A stretch of DNA of 64,000 nucleotides from Candidatus Margulisiibacteriota bacterium (lineage in GTDB: Bacteria > Margulisbacteria > WOR-1 > O2-12-FULL-45-9). The first letter of the stretch is position 1; each line of letters opens with the position of its first letter. Positions 29,921 to 39,834 of the stretch are shown one piece after another. The stretch covers positions 32,001 through 96,000 of the forward strand of contig JAYEOW010000029.1 of assembly GCA_034723395.1 (NCBI GenBank), given 5' to 3'. The translations under genes were made by a program, and so were the position numbers. The notes under the pieces were generated by a model that was not told the origin of the DNA, did not search any database, and saw nothing but the letters and a program-made list of their open reading frames with translations.

Positions 29921-30850
29921 TTACTTCTTATGTTTTCTAACTAACTGATATCCCTTTTGAATGCATTCGATGATAAATTCGATTAAGTGAGTTTCAGATT
30001 TTTTCTGGGCATATTCCAAATCTTCATAGTATTCGGTTTTCTGGTTATTTTCGATCAGGCATGGTGCATAGCCCGCATTCAGGAGTTGAATGATCATAAT
30101 TAATCTTCCAGCCCGGCCGTTACCGTCGCCAAAAGGATGGATCGCTTCGAATGCTGCGTGCATTTTGGCAATATGCTTTACTATATGTTCTTTGGTGCGA
30201 TTAATTTTTCTCAATAACCTGGCTATCTCTTCCTGAATATCTTCCGGATGTGGCAGGATTAGGTCTACTCCGCGGATAGCCCGATGATGTTTTGAGTATT
30301 TTCCGGCATCTGGGTTTATTCCTTGTAAAATAATGCCGTGAAGCTTTTTTATGATTTTTTCGGTGATCGGCCCTTTGAATTTGCCGTCGAAGATCATGTT
30401 TAGGGCCACGGCATGATTGGTAGCTTCCAAATGTTCGACATAAGACTTATCTGGAATGTGAGCTTTGTCAAAAATAATTGTTTCGGTCTGTTTTTTGGTA
30501 AGCGTGCTTCCTTCAATGGCGTTGGAATTATAGGTAAGTTCCAAAAGGAGGTCTTCCCTTAAGTGTTTATTTTCTTTTATTATCTTTTTTATGTTTTTAT
30601 GTTTTTTCTTTTCCCGGTCGAGCGAATGAAGCGCTTGCCGGATGTTTTTGTCAGGAAGAGGGAGGATGCCGACCTCCTCTTTATAGACCCTATAGATCTC
30701 TTTTTGGGTTGAAGGGCGCGGTTTTGCCCGTTGGTTAAGCCAGCGATTAAGGGCAGCAAAGGTAACGCCGATTTCTTGGGCCAGCTTTACCTGGCTCCAG
30801 CCGGTTGCGTTGAGAATGGCCTTTATTTGCGCTATATAGTTATTAGGCAT
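29921..30850 (-). CDS. XRE-HTH + Fic domain protein (class II)
   Basis: N-terminal HTH (WSQVKLAQEIGVT), inhibitory motif SNAIEG, Fic motif HPFGDGNGRAGR. Confidence 0.92.
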   Translation of the reverse strand: MPNNYIAQIKAILNATGWSQVKLAQEIGVTFAALNRWLNQRAKPRPSTQKEIYRVYKEEVGILPLPDKNIRQALHSLDREKKKHKNIKKIIKENKHLREDLLLELTYNSNAIEGSTLTKKQTETIIFDKAHIPDKSYVEHLEATNHAVALNMIFDGKFKGPITEKIIKKLHGIILQGINPDAGKYSKHHRAIRGVDLILPHPEDIQEEIARLLRKINRTKEHIVKHIAKMHAAFEAIHPFGDGNGRAGRLIMIIQLLNAGYAPCLIENNQKTEYYEDLEYAQKKSETHLIEFIIECIQKGYQLVRKHKK

Positions 30851-30860
30851 ATATGGGCAT

Positions 30861-30890
30861 AGTATATACGAAACTATATAGAGGTGTCAA
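30861..30890 (-). promoter_or_regulatory. sigma70-type promoter of the HTH-Fic gene with a possible operator
   Basis: TTGACA-N18-TATACT; TATATA-N6-TATATA dyad across the spacer and -10. Confidence 0.55.
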
Positions 30891-30996
30891 GGGCAAATTG
30901 GCTTTTTGCCGTCGCGGCGCAATTAGTGATTATTTTAACTTTAAAGAGGATAGAGAAGAATTCCAATGAAGATATCGGCGTAATTTTGCGAAATAG

Positions 30997-31024
30997 TGAA
31001 ATTTTTGAGGGGGGACGACGATGA
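30997..31024 (+). promoter_or_regulatory. Conserved motif copy 1 (sigma28-like promoter)
   Basis: TGAAATTT-N14-CGATGA. Confidence 0.65.
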
Positions 31025-31081
31025 TAATGTGATGTGGGAAGTAGTGCTGGCCGGGAAATTAAGTTGAATGGGGATAAATTT

Positions 31082-31327
31082 ATGACAAAAATTAGAATCA
31101 TCCAGCCCTATGACCAGGTCTCGTTTGGCCGATTTGTAGTTAATAAGCGTGACATGCAAAGACGCAGCCTGCTTGTCGAAAACCTTAATCCTGTATTTTC
31201 TTATTTTCGCAAGAACACGCCTAAAATTTTTGAGAAAGATTACTTCACTGGTTATTTCTTGGAAAATCTGAATAAAACAGGAAAAAAACATTTCGAAACT
31301 GGTGAGCCCCTTAGCCGAGCACTTTGA
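31082..31327 (+). CDS. Short orphan ORF, possibly the detached N-terminus of the downstream RelA/SpoT-like gene
   Basis: Follows the conserved promoter motif; see the frameshift finding. Confidence 0.45.
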   Translation: MTKIRIIQPYDQVSFGRFVVNKRDMQRRSLLVENLNPVFSYFRKNTPKIFEKDYFTGYFLENLNKTGKKHFETGEPLSRAL

Positions 31328-31418
31328 CCAGCGCTGGGGTTGGGGAAAAATGGACAAACTGCTCAGCGTTCTTAATTAAGCTTGCTGCGAGGAAGAAGAG
31401 AAGATTGAGCTTGTCTTA

Positions 31419-33662
31419 GTGGGTTCACCGGGATTACCCAACTCCAAAATCAAGATACTGCCTCGGCAATGTTCAGTAGATAAGGATGATAATTTTGACT
31501 TTATAGGTCTTGCACAAAATCCTGCGTGGCTTAGGATAGCGCTTGATAGTTCCAGAATAGAACTGAATACGGTTTATACTGAAAGCGAGCTCTATCAAAT
31601 CGCGGTTGAGGAATTCGGTGAAGTCAGCCGCGAGGCGGTGGCGAGCCTTTTTATTCAGCAATATCCCTCCTTTGTCCAGCTCATGCGCCCTCGTTGCCGT
31701 GAGCACGAAGAACGCCTTTTTGTTCGCAGAGGGCGCCAACCATACTCCAATATACGGTTCGTGAACCCTCGTTGCCATGAGCACGAAGAACGTCCTGTTG
31801 TTCGCAGAGGGGGCCAGCCAAAAACTGTGCCGGTGTTTTTGCTGGAAGGCCCCGAATTTTTTTATTTCGGAAGTGAACCCGAAAGTGAACTATATACCCT
31901 GGCTTTAAAAAAAGAGATAAAAGAGATCGTAAAAGAAGGGCGGGCAGTTCCGGTTTATTTTCAAAAAAATCGAGCGGCCTATTTTACTCCTGACGCTCTG
32001 GCGCAATGGCTAGAGGCAGGAGACATTTTAGAGGTGGAAGAAAACAACGCCCTGAAATACGTTTTTACGCAAAAGTCCGGAGTTTTCTTTGCTGGCGGCA
32101 AAGCAAAAATACGCCGCAAATCTATGCCCGCGGCTAGTGAGGCCCTCCTTAGTTTTTTAAGAAACAAGCAGCTTTCCAGGCGGGAAAGACTTTCTTTCCC
32201 GCTGCTTGCGGAAGCCATCCAGGCTTTAGCTTCTTCTCCCCAGGGTACTGATCCATATTTTGAGGCGGCGCGCATCGCAGCCGAACATGGCGCGTCAGAA
32301 ACAAGCCTAGCTGCGCTTCTTCTGCAGAAGATTTTACCAGAATATACCAGCCCCAGCTATGATTGGTTATTAAATAAAAGGGGTCTACCGACTACGTTTA
32401 TACAGCATCTCAAAGCTGTCCACGGAGAAACCGGATTTTCGTGGAGGAGATGGCCCCTTGAAGTGCGCCTACTGGGAGGTAAAGTTGCCGACATTCGACA
32501 TGTCTCTGGTATGCATGTGGGCTTGATGCGCATCCAGAATGCCGGAGACATACATACTTATTTGCAGCTTTTTCTTAATGTTCTTGGTTTTGATTCTAGT
32601 TATAAGCAAGAGACCTACCTCGAATACTTTGCCACTGTTTTGGGAAAACTCCGGCATACGCCGGTGCGAGCCCTTAAAAAAGAAGAGGAAAGAAATCTAA
32701 GGGTTGTAGTAGCTCCCCTGGCGGAAAGACGTGGTTTTTCTGGTTTAGCGGCGATGATCCGTAATGAAATATTCCGTATTTCTTACAACCGCGCCTACAA
32801 TCATTTTCGAAGAAAAATTGAAAAAGCGACCGGCTTAACTTATTCAGAGATGGAGCTACACCTGCAAGATACAGTAAACCTAATTCGCGAAGTGATTGCT
32901 GCGGCAGGCATTGCGCCTGAAGACTATGAGATCTTCTTTCGGGTTAAACTCCCTTATTCAGCATGGGAGAAGATGCAAGCTAATAAGATCAGTGATCCTG
33001 GTCAAGTTCATGATCTCTTAGGGATGAGTATCGTGGCTGAAAATGACCGTTTGGTCCGCCGCATTGAGAAATTGATCCCTCAGGTGCTTCCAAACCTCTC
33101 ACTTGAAAATTTTAAGGACCCTCACGAACTTTTGCCGCACATGCGTGAAAATCGTCTGCCAACATATAAGGATCAGATTGCTAAACCCGCGGACAGCGGC
33201 TTCTCAGCGATAACCATGATACGTTTGACTATGCTAAAGTTGCCAGCGGAAGTTCAAGTCACAAGTCGAGAGCGTGACAGGATAAATCGCGAGGGTGTTG
33301 CCGCGCACTGGAAGCATAAGATACGCAGGGAGATCAAACATTTTTACGGGATTGAAATTGCTGAACTTGCGGATCTCGTGGAACACAAAGATAAGTTTAG
33401 CGTGGTCCTTTATGGGGATTGGAAAGGGAATATTAGGAAAACCCTTAACCAGGGCCTGGATTACAAGGTGTTTGATAATTTGCAAGAAAAGGATGTGGCG
33501 GAGTTTCTGGATTACAATCCCCATGATAAGCTATTTTATCTAGACCATTGGAAATTTAGGCGTTTGGGAAGAATCCGCCGTGTCTCCGCGCTTGAGCCTC
33601 TCCAGACTGAAGGGGACCATTCTATGACCTATCTCTTTTTAGTGCTCAGGGATAAAAAATAA
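31419..33662 (+). CDS. Divergent RelA/SpoT-homolog domain protein with an unknown N-terminal region
   Basis: APLAERRG, RVKLPYSAWEKM, HDLLG, IAKPADSGF, EVQV and GVAAHWKHK motifs. True start uncertain. Confidence 0.8.
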   Translation: MGSPGLPNSKIKILPRQCSVDKDDNFDFIGLAQNPAWLRIALDSSRIELNTVYTESELYQIAVEEFGEVSREAVASLFIQQYPSFVQLMRPRCREHEERLFVRRGRQPYSNIRFVNPRCHEHEERPVVRRGGQPKTVPVFLLEGPEFFYFGSEPESELYTLALKKEIKEIVKEGRAVPVYFQKNRAAYFTPDALAQWLEAGDILEVEENNALKYVFTQKSGVFFAGGKAKIRRKSMPAASEALLSFLRNKQLSRRERLSFPLLAEAIQALASSPQGTDPYFEAARIAAEHGASETSLAALLLQKILPEYTSPSYDWLLNKRGLPTTFIQHLKAVHGETGFSWRRWPLEVRLLGGKVADIRHVSGMHVGLMRIQNAGDIHTYLQLFLNVLGFDSSYKQETYLEYFATVLGKLRHTPVRALKKEEERNLRVVVAPLAERRGFSGLAAMIRNEIFRISYNRAYNHFRRKIEKATGLTYSEMELHLQDTVNLIREVIAAAGIAPEDYEIFFRVKLPYSAWEKMQANKISDPGQVHDLLGMSIVAENDRLVRRIEKLIPQVLPNLSLENFKDPHELLPHMRENRLPTYKDQIAKPADSGFSAITMIRLTMLKLPAEVQVTSRERDRINREGVAAHWKHKIRREIKHFYGIEIAELADLVEHKDKFSVVLYGDWKGNIRKTLNQGLDYKVFDNLQEKDVAEFLDYNPHDKLFYLDHWKFRRLGRIRRVSALEPLQTEGDHSMTYLFLVLRDKK
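31688..31820 (+). repeat. Imperfect direct repeat, 2 x 55 bp with a 78-bp period, in frame
   Basis: CCCTCGTTGCC(G/A)TGAGCACGAAGAACG...TTGTTCGCAGAGGG at 31688 and 31766. Confidence 0.9.
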
Positions 33663-33782
33663 ACTCATTTTATAACAATCTTTACCATGCTTTGATTTTA
33701 GCATAATATTCGTTTATAATAATGTTTCTTAATGCGATTCGCGAAATCCCAAAGAAGATTGTAAAAGGAAGGTATAGCTGTA

Positions 33783-35645
33783 ATGAAAATGTTAAAAGAA
33801 AAATGTGGGGCAGAAAATTATAAAAAGCTGGAGGCGCTGGGCAATCCGGCCTTGCTTGAATTTGTGGCAAAATATGTGGAACATTGCAATCCCGCGTCGG
33901 TTTTTGTGCGTACCGATTCTCCGGAGGATGCGGAATACATTAGGAATAAAGCGATCGAGAACAAAGAAGAACATAAACTGGCTATTAAAGGCCATACTTA
34001 TCACTTTGACGGATATTTTGACCAGGCCAGGGATAAGGCGAATACAAAATATCTGCTCCCTCCGGACGTAGAGCTGGGTTCTGATATCCGGAAAACAGAC
34101 CGGACTAAAGGTTTGCAGGAGATTAGCGGACTTCTAAAGAACATTATGTCCGGCAAAGAGATGTATGTCGGCTTCTTTTGTCTGGGTCCGACAAATTCCC
34201 CTTTTTCGATCCCCGCGCTCCAGATAACCGATTCGGCTTATGTGGCGCATAGTGAGGATATCCTTATCCGAAGCGGGTACGAGATGTTTAAAAAACTGGG
34301 GAAGACGGCCGATTTTTTCAAGTTTGTTCACAGCGCTGGAGAGCTCGAAGGCGGCGTGAGTAAAAATGTTGATAAACGCAGGGTTTATATTGACCTTGAG
34401 CAGAATTTGGTTTTCAGTGCCAATACCCAGTATGCCGGTAATACTGTTGGCTTAAAGAAGTTGGCCATGCGCCTGGCTATAAAAAAGGCCTCCTTTGAAG
34501 GGTGGCTTACCGAGCATATGTTTGTTATGGGGGTCCATGGCCCAAAGGGGAGGGTCTCTTATTTATCCGGTTCATTTCCGAGCGCCTGCGGAAAAACGTC
34601 TACCGCGATGCTGGAAGGCGAAACGATCGTCGGGGATGATATCGCCTATTTAAGGAATATTGACGGCAAAATTCGCGCGGTAAATGTTGAGCGCGGGATG
34701 TTCGGCATTATCCGTGACGTGAATAAAAAAGGAGATCCATTGATCTTTGAAGCGCTTAATTCTACTGGAGAAGTGATCTTTTCTAACATCCTGGTAGCTG
34801 ATAAGGGGATCCCTTTTTGGCTTGGGGATGGCAGGGAGATGCCTGAAAAGGGTAAAAATTACTCCGGCGAATGGACGATCGGAAAAAAGGACGCAAAAGG
34901 GCAGGAGATAACCCACTCGCATAAGAACTCAAGATATACCATCCGTTTGAGTGAATTAAAAAATTGCGACCCTAAGCTTAATGACCCCGAAGGGGTGGAA
35001 CTGTCCGGTATTATTTACGGTGGCAGGGATTCAGATACTACTGTACCGGTCGAGCAATCATTTGATTGGAACCATGGGATATTGATGAAGGGGGCAACGA
35101 TCGAATCGGAGACCACCGCCGCCACCCTGGGACAGGAAGGGGTAAGGAAGTTCAATCTCATGGCCAATATAGATTTCCTCTCGATCCCGATGGGGAGGTA
35201 TATTACTAATAATTGTGATCTGGGCAACTCGGTGAAAAAACCACCCCAGATTTTTTTGGTTAACTATTTCCTAAAAGATAAAGATGGTAAATATTTGAAC
35301 GGGGTAAAGGATAAGCATGTCTGGCTTAGATGGATGGAGCTGCGCATTCACGGTGATGTTTCGGCGATCAAGACCCCCACCGGTTATATTCCGGAGTATA
35401 AAGACCTTAAAAAAATATTTGAAGAGGTACTTGATAAAGAATACTCAAAAGAGGAATACCTTAAACAGTTTACTATAAGAATTCCTGAGAACCTTGCTAA
35501 GATAAAAAGAATTGCCGAGATCTATAAGACCAAAGTTCCCGATGCTCCGCATATCCTGTTCGAAGCGCTAGAAGAGCAAAAAAATAGGCTAGAGGAAACC
35601 AGGAAAAAATTGGGAGATTATATATCTCCTGAGGCTTTGGGTTAA
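33783..35645 (+). CDS. pckG: Phosphoenolpyruvate carboxykinase (GTP)
   Basis: YAGNTVGLKK, WLTEHM, FPSACGKTS, VGDDIA and YGGRD motifs. Confidence 0.95.
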   Translation: MKMLKEKCGAENYKKLEALGNPALLEFVAKYVEHCNPASVFVRTDSPEDAEYIRNKAIENKEEHKLAIKGHTYHFDGYFDQARDKANTKYLLPPDVELGSDIRKTDRTKGLQEISGLLKNIMSGKEMYVGFFCLGPTNSPFSIPALQITDSAYVAHSEDILIRSGYEMFKKLGKTADFFKFVHSAGELEGGVSKNVDKRRVYIDLEQNLVFSANTQYAGNTVGLKKLAMRLAIKKASFEGWLTEHMFVMGVHGPKGRVSYLSGSFPSACGKTSTAMLEGETIVGDDIAYLRNIDGKIRAVNVERGMFGIIRDVNKKGDPLIFEALNSTGEVIFSNILVADKGIPFWLGDGREMPEKGKNYSGEWTIGKKDAKGQEITHSHKNSRYTIRLSELKNCDPKLNDPEGVELSGIIYGGRDSDTTVPVEQSFDWNHGILMKGATIESETTAATLGQEGVRKFNLMANIDFLSIPMGRYITNNCDLGNSVKKPPQIFLVNYFLKDKDGKYLNGVKDKHVWLRWMELRIHGDVSAIKTPTGYIPEYKDLKKIFEEVLDKEYSKEEYLKQFTIRIPENLAKIKRIAEIYKTKVPDAPHILFEALEEQKNRLEETRKKLGDYISPEALG

Positions 35646-35705
35646 AATAATTTGCCAATACTTTTTATAGTAAGTTTCACTGTTTTATAGTATAATAATT
35701 TTACC

Positions 35706-36773
35706 ATGAAAATTCGTTCGAATACACGTGAAGGGAACAAGATTATCCTCGAAGTTGAAGAAGATTATTCAGAATTCCTCAAATCGGTCGATAAAACTAT
35801 CATTGAAGCGGGGAAAGAGGTTAAAATTCCCGGTTTCCGCCCCGGTAAAGCCCCCAAAGCGATGGTTGAAAAGGTGTTAAACCGCGAATTTATTGAAGCG
35901 CAGGCAGCTCAGGACCTTATCTCCGCAATTTATCCAAGAATCCTTGATGAGATAAAAATTGAACCGGTTGATTATCCTAATCTTCAAATTCTTGATAAAA
36001 AGAAGAAGAAACCAATCGTTTATAAGATCGAGATCGAGGTTTACCCGGAGGTAAAACTCGGTAAATATAAGGGTTTGAGGGCTGAGAAAAAAGAGGTAAA
36101 AGTTACTGATGAAGATGTGAATAAAGTCTTGGAAAACCTCCAAAAAAGGCTGGCCCATATGGAAGGGGGCGAGCCGGCGATCGATGATGAATTTGCTAAA
36201 AAAGTGAGCAAGTATCAGACCCTTGAAGAGCTAAAAAAAGAGTTTCGAACGGGGATGCAAAAAGATAAAGAGGGCGCCGAAGAGGCTGACGTAAAGAATA
36301 AGCTTATCGCAGAAGCCTCGAAAAATGCAAAAGTGGATATTCCCAACGGGATGGTCAAGCGGGAGATCGATGTAATGCTTGATGAGCTGCGCAACTCACT
36401 TGCTCAAAGCGGCTTGACCCTTGAAGATTATTTAAAAGGGATAAAAAAGGACGAGAAGCTGATGCGGGAAGAGCTGCACAAATCGGCCGAAGTAAGGGTG
36501 ATCGGTAAAGTCGTTTTAAAGGCGATCGCGGAAACTGAAAAAATTGAGATCTCAAAAGAGGAGATGGATGAGGAGCTCAAAGAGCTGGCAAAGGCGGCCG
36601 GGCAGCCGGTCGAAGAGGCGGGTAAAGAGATCGATGAGCACGCTAAAAAATATGTCGAAGACTATCTCATGCGCCGTAAAGCGCTAGATTTTATTCTAGA
36701 AAAAGCAAAGGTAACAACGGTTGAAAACAAGCCCCTCGATGAAACTCGGGGCGAGGAGGAAAAAAATGACTGA
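35706..36773 (+). CDS. tig: Trigger factor, short form apparently lacking the FKBP domain
   Basis: [10 protein letters not shown] ribosome-binding motif, DDEFAK, C-terminal domain; upstream of clpP. Confidence 0.92.
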   Translation: MKIRSNTREGNKIILEVEEDYSEFLKSVDKTIIEAGKEVKIPGFRPGKAPKAMVEKVLNREFIEAQAAQDLISAIYPRILDEIKIEPVDYPNLQILDKKKKKPIVYKIEIEVYPEVKLGKYKGLRAEKKEVKVTDEDVNKVLENLQKRLAHMEGGEPAIDDEFAKKVSKYQTLEELKKEFRTGMQKDKEGAEEADVKNKLIAEASKNAKVDIPNGMVKREIDVMLDELRNSLAQSGLTLEDYLKGIKKDEKLMREELHKSAEVRVIGKVVLKAIAETEKIEISKEEMDEELKELAKAAGQPVEEAGKEIDEHAKKYVEDYLMRRKALDFILEKAKVTTVENKPLDETRGEEEKND

Positions 36774-37389
36774 AAGAGCACAATTGATCCCGATGGTAGT
36801 TGAGCAATCCGCCAGGGGAGAAAGGGCCTACGATATTTACTCCCGCTTATTAAAAGAGAGAATTATCTTTGTCGGGACCCCGGTTGATGATATGGTTGCT
36901 AATACAATTATCGCACAAATGTTATTTTTGCAGGCTGAAGACTCAGCCAAGGATATCAATATGTATATTAACAGCCCGGGTGGGGTAGTTACCGCCGGCT
37001 TAGCGATCTACGATACAATGCAATACATTAAATCGCCTATTTCAACCATCTGTATCGGCCAGGCTGCGTCAATGGGGGCGCTGCTTCTAGCGGCGGGGAA
37101 CAAAGGAAAACGCTTTGCGCTGCCGAACGCCCGGATGATGATCCATCAGCCGTTGGGGGGAGCTCAAGGGCAGGCGACCGATATCGAGATCCAGACAAAG
37201 GAAATGTTGAGGATCAAAAAGCTGCTAAACGATATATTGGCAAAACATACCAGCCAATCTCTGGCTAAGATCGAGAAAGATACCGACCGTGATTTCTATA
37301 TGGGGGCGGACGAGGCGGTAAAATACGGTATTATTGATGAAGTGATCTCTACCGCTAAAGTTTCGGGAAACGGAAAAAAATCGAAATAA
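36766..37389 (+). CDS. clpP: Clp protease proteolytic subunit
   Basis: [24 protein letters not shown] and MIHQP motifs. Confidence 0.97.
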   Translation: MTERAQLIPMVVEQSARGERAYDIYSRLLKERIIFVGTPVDDMVANTIIAQMLFLQAEDSAKDINMYINSPGGVVTAGLAIYDTMQYIKSPISTICIGQAASMGALLLAAGNKGKRFALPNARMMIHQPLGGAQGQATDIEIQTKEMLRIKKLLNDILAKHTSQSLAKIEKDTDRDFYMGADEAVKYGIIDEVISTAKVSGNGKKSK

Positions 37390-37392
37390 TAT

Positions 37393-39816
37393 ATGGCAGG
37401 CTCCGCCAAAAAATCTAGCCGCAAACTTGGGGAGTGGAAAGAAGTCCTCCCCTTAATACCGCTGCGCAACATTGTTGTTTTTCCCCAGATGATCGTCCCT
37501 TTATTTATCGGCCGTTCACCCTCGGTTAAAGCGCTTGAGGAGACGGTCGAAAAAGAGAAGATGATTATCTTTGCCGCGCAGAAAGAGGAAGAGAATGAGG
37601 ATCCGTCCCCCAAAGATATTGCCAAAATCGGGACCTTATCTGAAATTGTTCAGTTGCTCCATCTTCCCGACGGAACGACCAAGATATTGGTAGAGGGAAT
37701 CTGCCGTGTAAGGATCGAGAAATACGAAAAACAGGCCCCATATTTTAAAGTGGCAATTTCGCGGATCGAAGAATCAGAAGATATCACGCCCGAGACTGAA
37801 GCGTTGGTCAGGAACGTAATCAAGCAGTTTGAGGAGTATGTAAAACTGAACCGACGCATCCCTTCGGAAACTTTAATGTCGATCGTGAACGTTGATAATC
37901 CAGGGAGATTAGCTGACCTTATTGCCTCATACCTCTCTTTGAAGGTTGACGAGAAACAGGCAATCCTGGAAGCGGTAAAGCCCGAGAAAAGACTGGCAAA
38001 GCTTTCTGAGATATTGGAAAAGGAGATCGGAGTTTTGGATGTCGAGAAAAAATTGCGAGGTAAGGTCAGGAAGCAGATCGAAAAGGTCCAGAAGGAGTAC
38101 TATTTAAAAGAAAAAATGCGCGCGATCCAGGAGGAGCTGGGTGAAGAAGATGAATACGACCAGCCGGAGCTGAAAGAGTATAAGAAAAAGATAAAAGCGG
38201 CAAAACTTCCGGCGGCAGTAAAAGAGAAGGCGGATAAAGAGCTTGAGCGATTAAGTAAAATGCCGCCGATGGTAGCCGAAGCCTCGGTGATCCGTACCTA
38301 TCTCGATTGGCTGATCGAACTCCCCTGGAAGAAAAAGACAAAAGGTAAGTTTGATATCTCAGAAGTAGAGAAGATCTTAAATAAAGACCATTACGGATTA
38401 GATAAAGTCAAAGAGCGGATCCTGGAATATTTCGCGGTCCTTCAATTGACCGGGAAGATAGCGGGGACGATCCTTTGCCTGGTTGGTCCTCCTGGCGTTG
38501 GTAAAACATCGGTTGCCCAATCGATTGCCCGGGCGATGGGGAGGAAGTTCACCAGGGTTGCGTTGGGTGGAGTGCGCGATGAGGCTGAAATTAGGGGGCA
38601 TCGCCGGACTTATGTCGGGTCGATGCCGGGACGGGTAATCCAATCGATCAGCAAGGCCGGATCAAATAATCCGGTTTTCCTGCTTGATGAAGTTGATAAG
38701 ATGGGGATGGATTTTAGGGGTGATCCATCTGCCGCGCTGCTCGAAGTTTTGGATCCGGAGATGAATAAAGAATTTTCCGACCACTATCTTGAGGTCCCGT
38801 TTGATCTCTCCGATGTATTTTTTATAACTACTGCAAATACACGTGATCCGATTCCCCGACCCCTTCTGGACCGAATGGAGGTTATCCAGATGTCCGGTTA
38901 TACCGAAGAGGAGAAAATGGGGATTGCCAGAGGTTATCTGATCCCGCGCGAGCTGGAGAAACACGGGCTAAAAAAGAGTAAGATCGAATTCGAAGATAAA
39001 GCGCTGCTTTCGATTATCCGCGAATATACCAAAGAGGCCGGGGTTAGGAATTTGGAGAGAAAAATCGCCGATATATTGCGAAAGATCGCGACTAAAATAG
39101 TCAGGAAAAAGGGGAAGGCGAAAACGGTCGTAAAATTATCGGATCTCCAGGAATATTTGGGCGCTCCCAGATTTACTTTTGGAATAGCCGAAGAGAAAGA
39201 TCAGGTTGGGGTGGCGACCGGGCTGGTATGGACCGAGGTTGGCGGAGATACGGTCCCGATCGAGGTGACCGTGATGCCGGGGAGGGGGAACCTGACCTTA
39301 ACTGGGATGATGGGGGAGGTTATGCAGGAATCTTCTAAGGCGGCGATGAGCTATGTTCGCTCCCGGGCAAAGCAGTTCGGGCTCGAAGATAATTTTTACC
39401 GGAAGATTGATGTCCATCTGCATGTCCCGGAAGGGGCGGTTCCCAAGGATGGACCGTCGGCCGGGGTAACGATGGCGACCGCTTTGACTTCGGCCTTGAC
39501 CCAGACGCCGATCCGGCGCGATGTGGCGATGACCGGTGAGATAACCCTTAGGGGGCGGGTGATGCCGATTGGCGGGTTAAAAGAGAAACTGCTGGCGGCG
39601 CGCAGGGCGGGGATAAAACGTGTTATAATACCGATGGAAAACAAGAAGGATCTCAAAGAGATAAAAAAAGACCTTTTGGATGATCTGGAGATAGTTTTTG
39701 TTAAAGAGGCAGATGAAGTTATAAAGAATGCTCTTTCCCGAAGCATCAAGGGGAAAAAGAGCAAGCCGATCAGGTATTTTCCCCCGGGGCCCGAACCGCC
39801 GCCCATGTACGCTTAA
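37393..39816 (+). CDS. lon: Lon protease
   Basis: [26 protein letters not shown] and GGLKEK motifs. Confidence 0.97.
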   Translation: MAGSAKKSSRKLGEWKEVLPLIPLRNIVVFPQMIVPLFIGRSPSVKALEETVEKEKMIIFAAQKEEENEDPSPKDIAKIGTLSEIVQLLHLPDGTTKILVEGICRVRIEKYEKQAPYFKVAISRIEESEDITPETEALVRNVIKQFEEYVKLNRRIPSETLMSIVNVDNPGRLADLIASYLSLKVDEKQAILEAVKPEKRLAKLSEILEKEIGVLDVEKKLRGKVRKQIEKVQKEYYLKEKMRAIQEELGEEDEYDQPELKEYKKKIKAAKLPAAVKEKADKELERLSKMPPMVAEASVIRTYLDWLIELPWKKKTKGKFDISEVEKILNKDHYGLDKVKERILEYFAVLQLTGKIAGTILCLVGPPGVGKTSVAQSIARAMGRKFTRVALGGVRDEAEIRGHRRTYVGSMPGRVIQSISKAGSNNPVFLLDEVDKMGMDFRGDPSAALLEVLDPEMNKEFSDHYLEVPFDLSDVFFITTANTRDPIPRPLLDRMEVIQMSGYTEEEKMGIARGYLIPRELEKHGLKKSKIEFEDKALLSIIREYTKEAGVRNLERKIADILRKIATKIVRKKGKAKTVVKLSDLQEYLGAPRFTFGIAEEKDQVGVATGLVWTEVGGDTVPIEVTVMPGRGNLTLTGMMGEVMQESSKAAMSYVRSRAKQFGLEDNFYRKIDVHLHVPEGAVPKDGPSAGVTMATALTSALTQTPIRRDVAMTGEITLRGRVMPIGGLKEKLLAARRAGIKRVIIPMENKKDLKEIKKDLLDDLEIVFVKEADEVIKNALSRSIKGKKSKPIRYFPPGPEPPPMYA

Positions 39817-39834
39817 TAATAGGAGGAGATCAGG

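Noticed and set aside
31325..31327. Selenocysteine or TGA readthrough joining the 31082 ORF to the RelA-like gene
   Set aside because: In-frame readthrough meets TAA shortly afterwards and is in a different frame from the 31419 ORF.
31688..31820. CRISPR-like repeat-spacer unit
   Set aside because: Only two 55-bp copies, in frame within an ORF, with no cas genes in the window.
25374..33700. Prophage or integrative element at tRNA-fMet
   Set aside because: No integrase, phage or conjugation genes, and I found no second copy of the tRNA 3' end.
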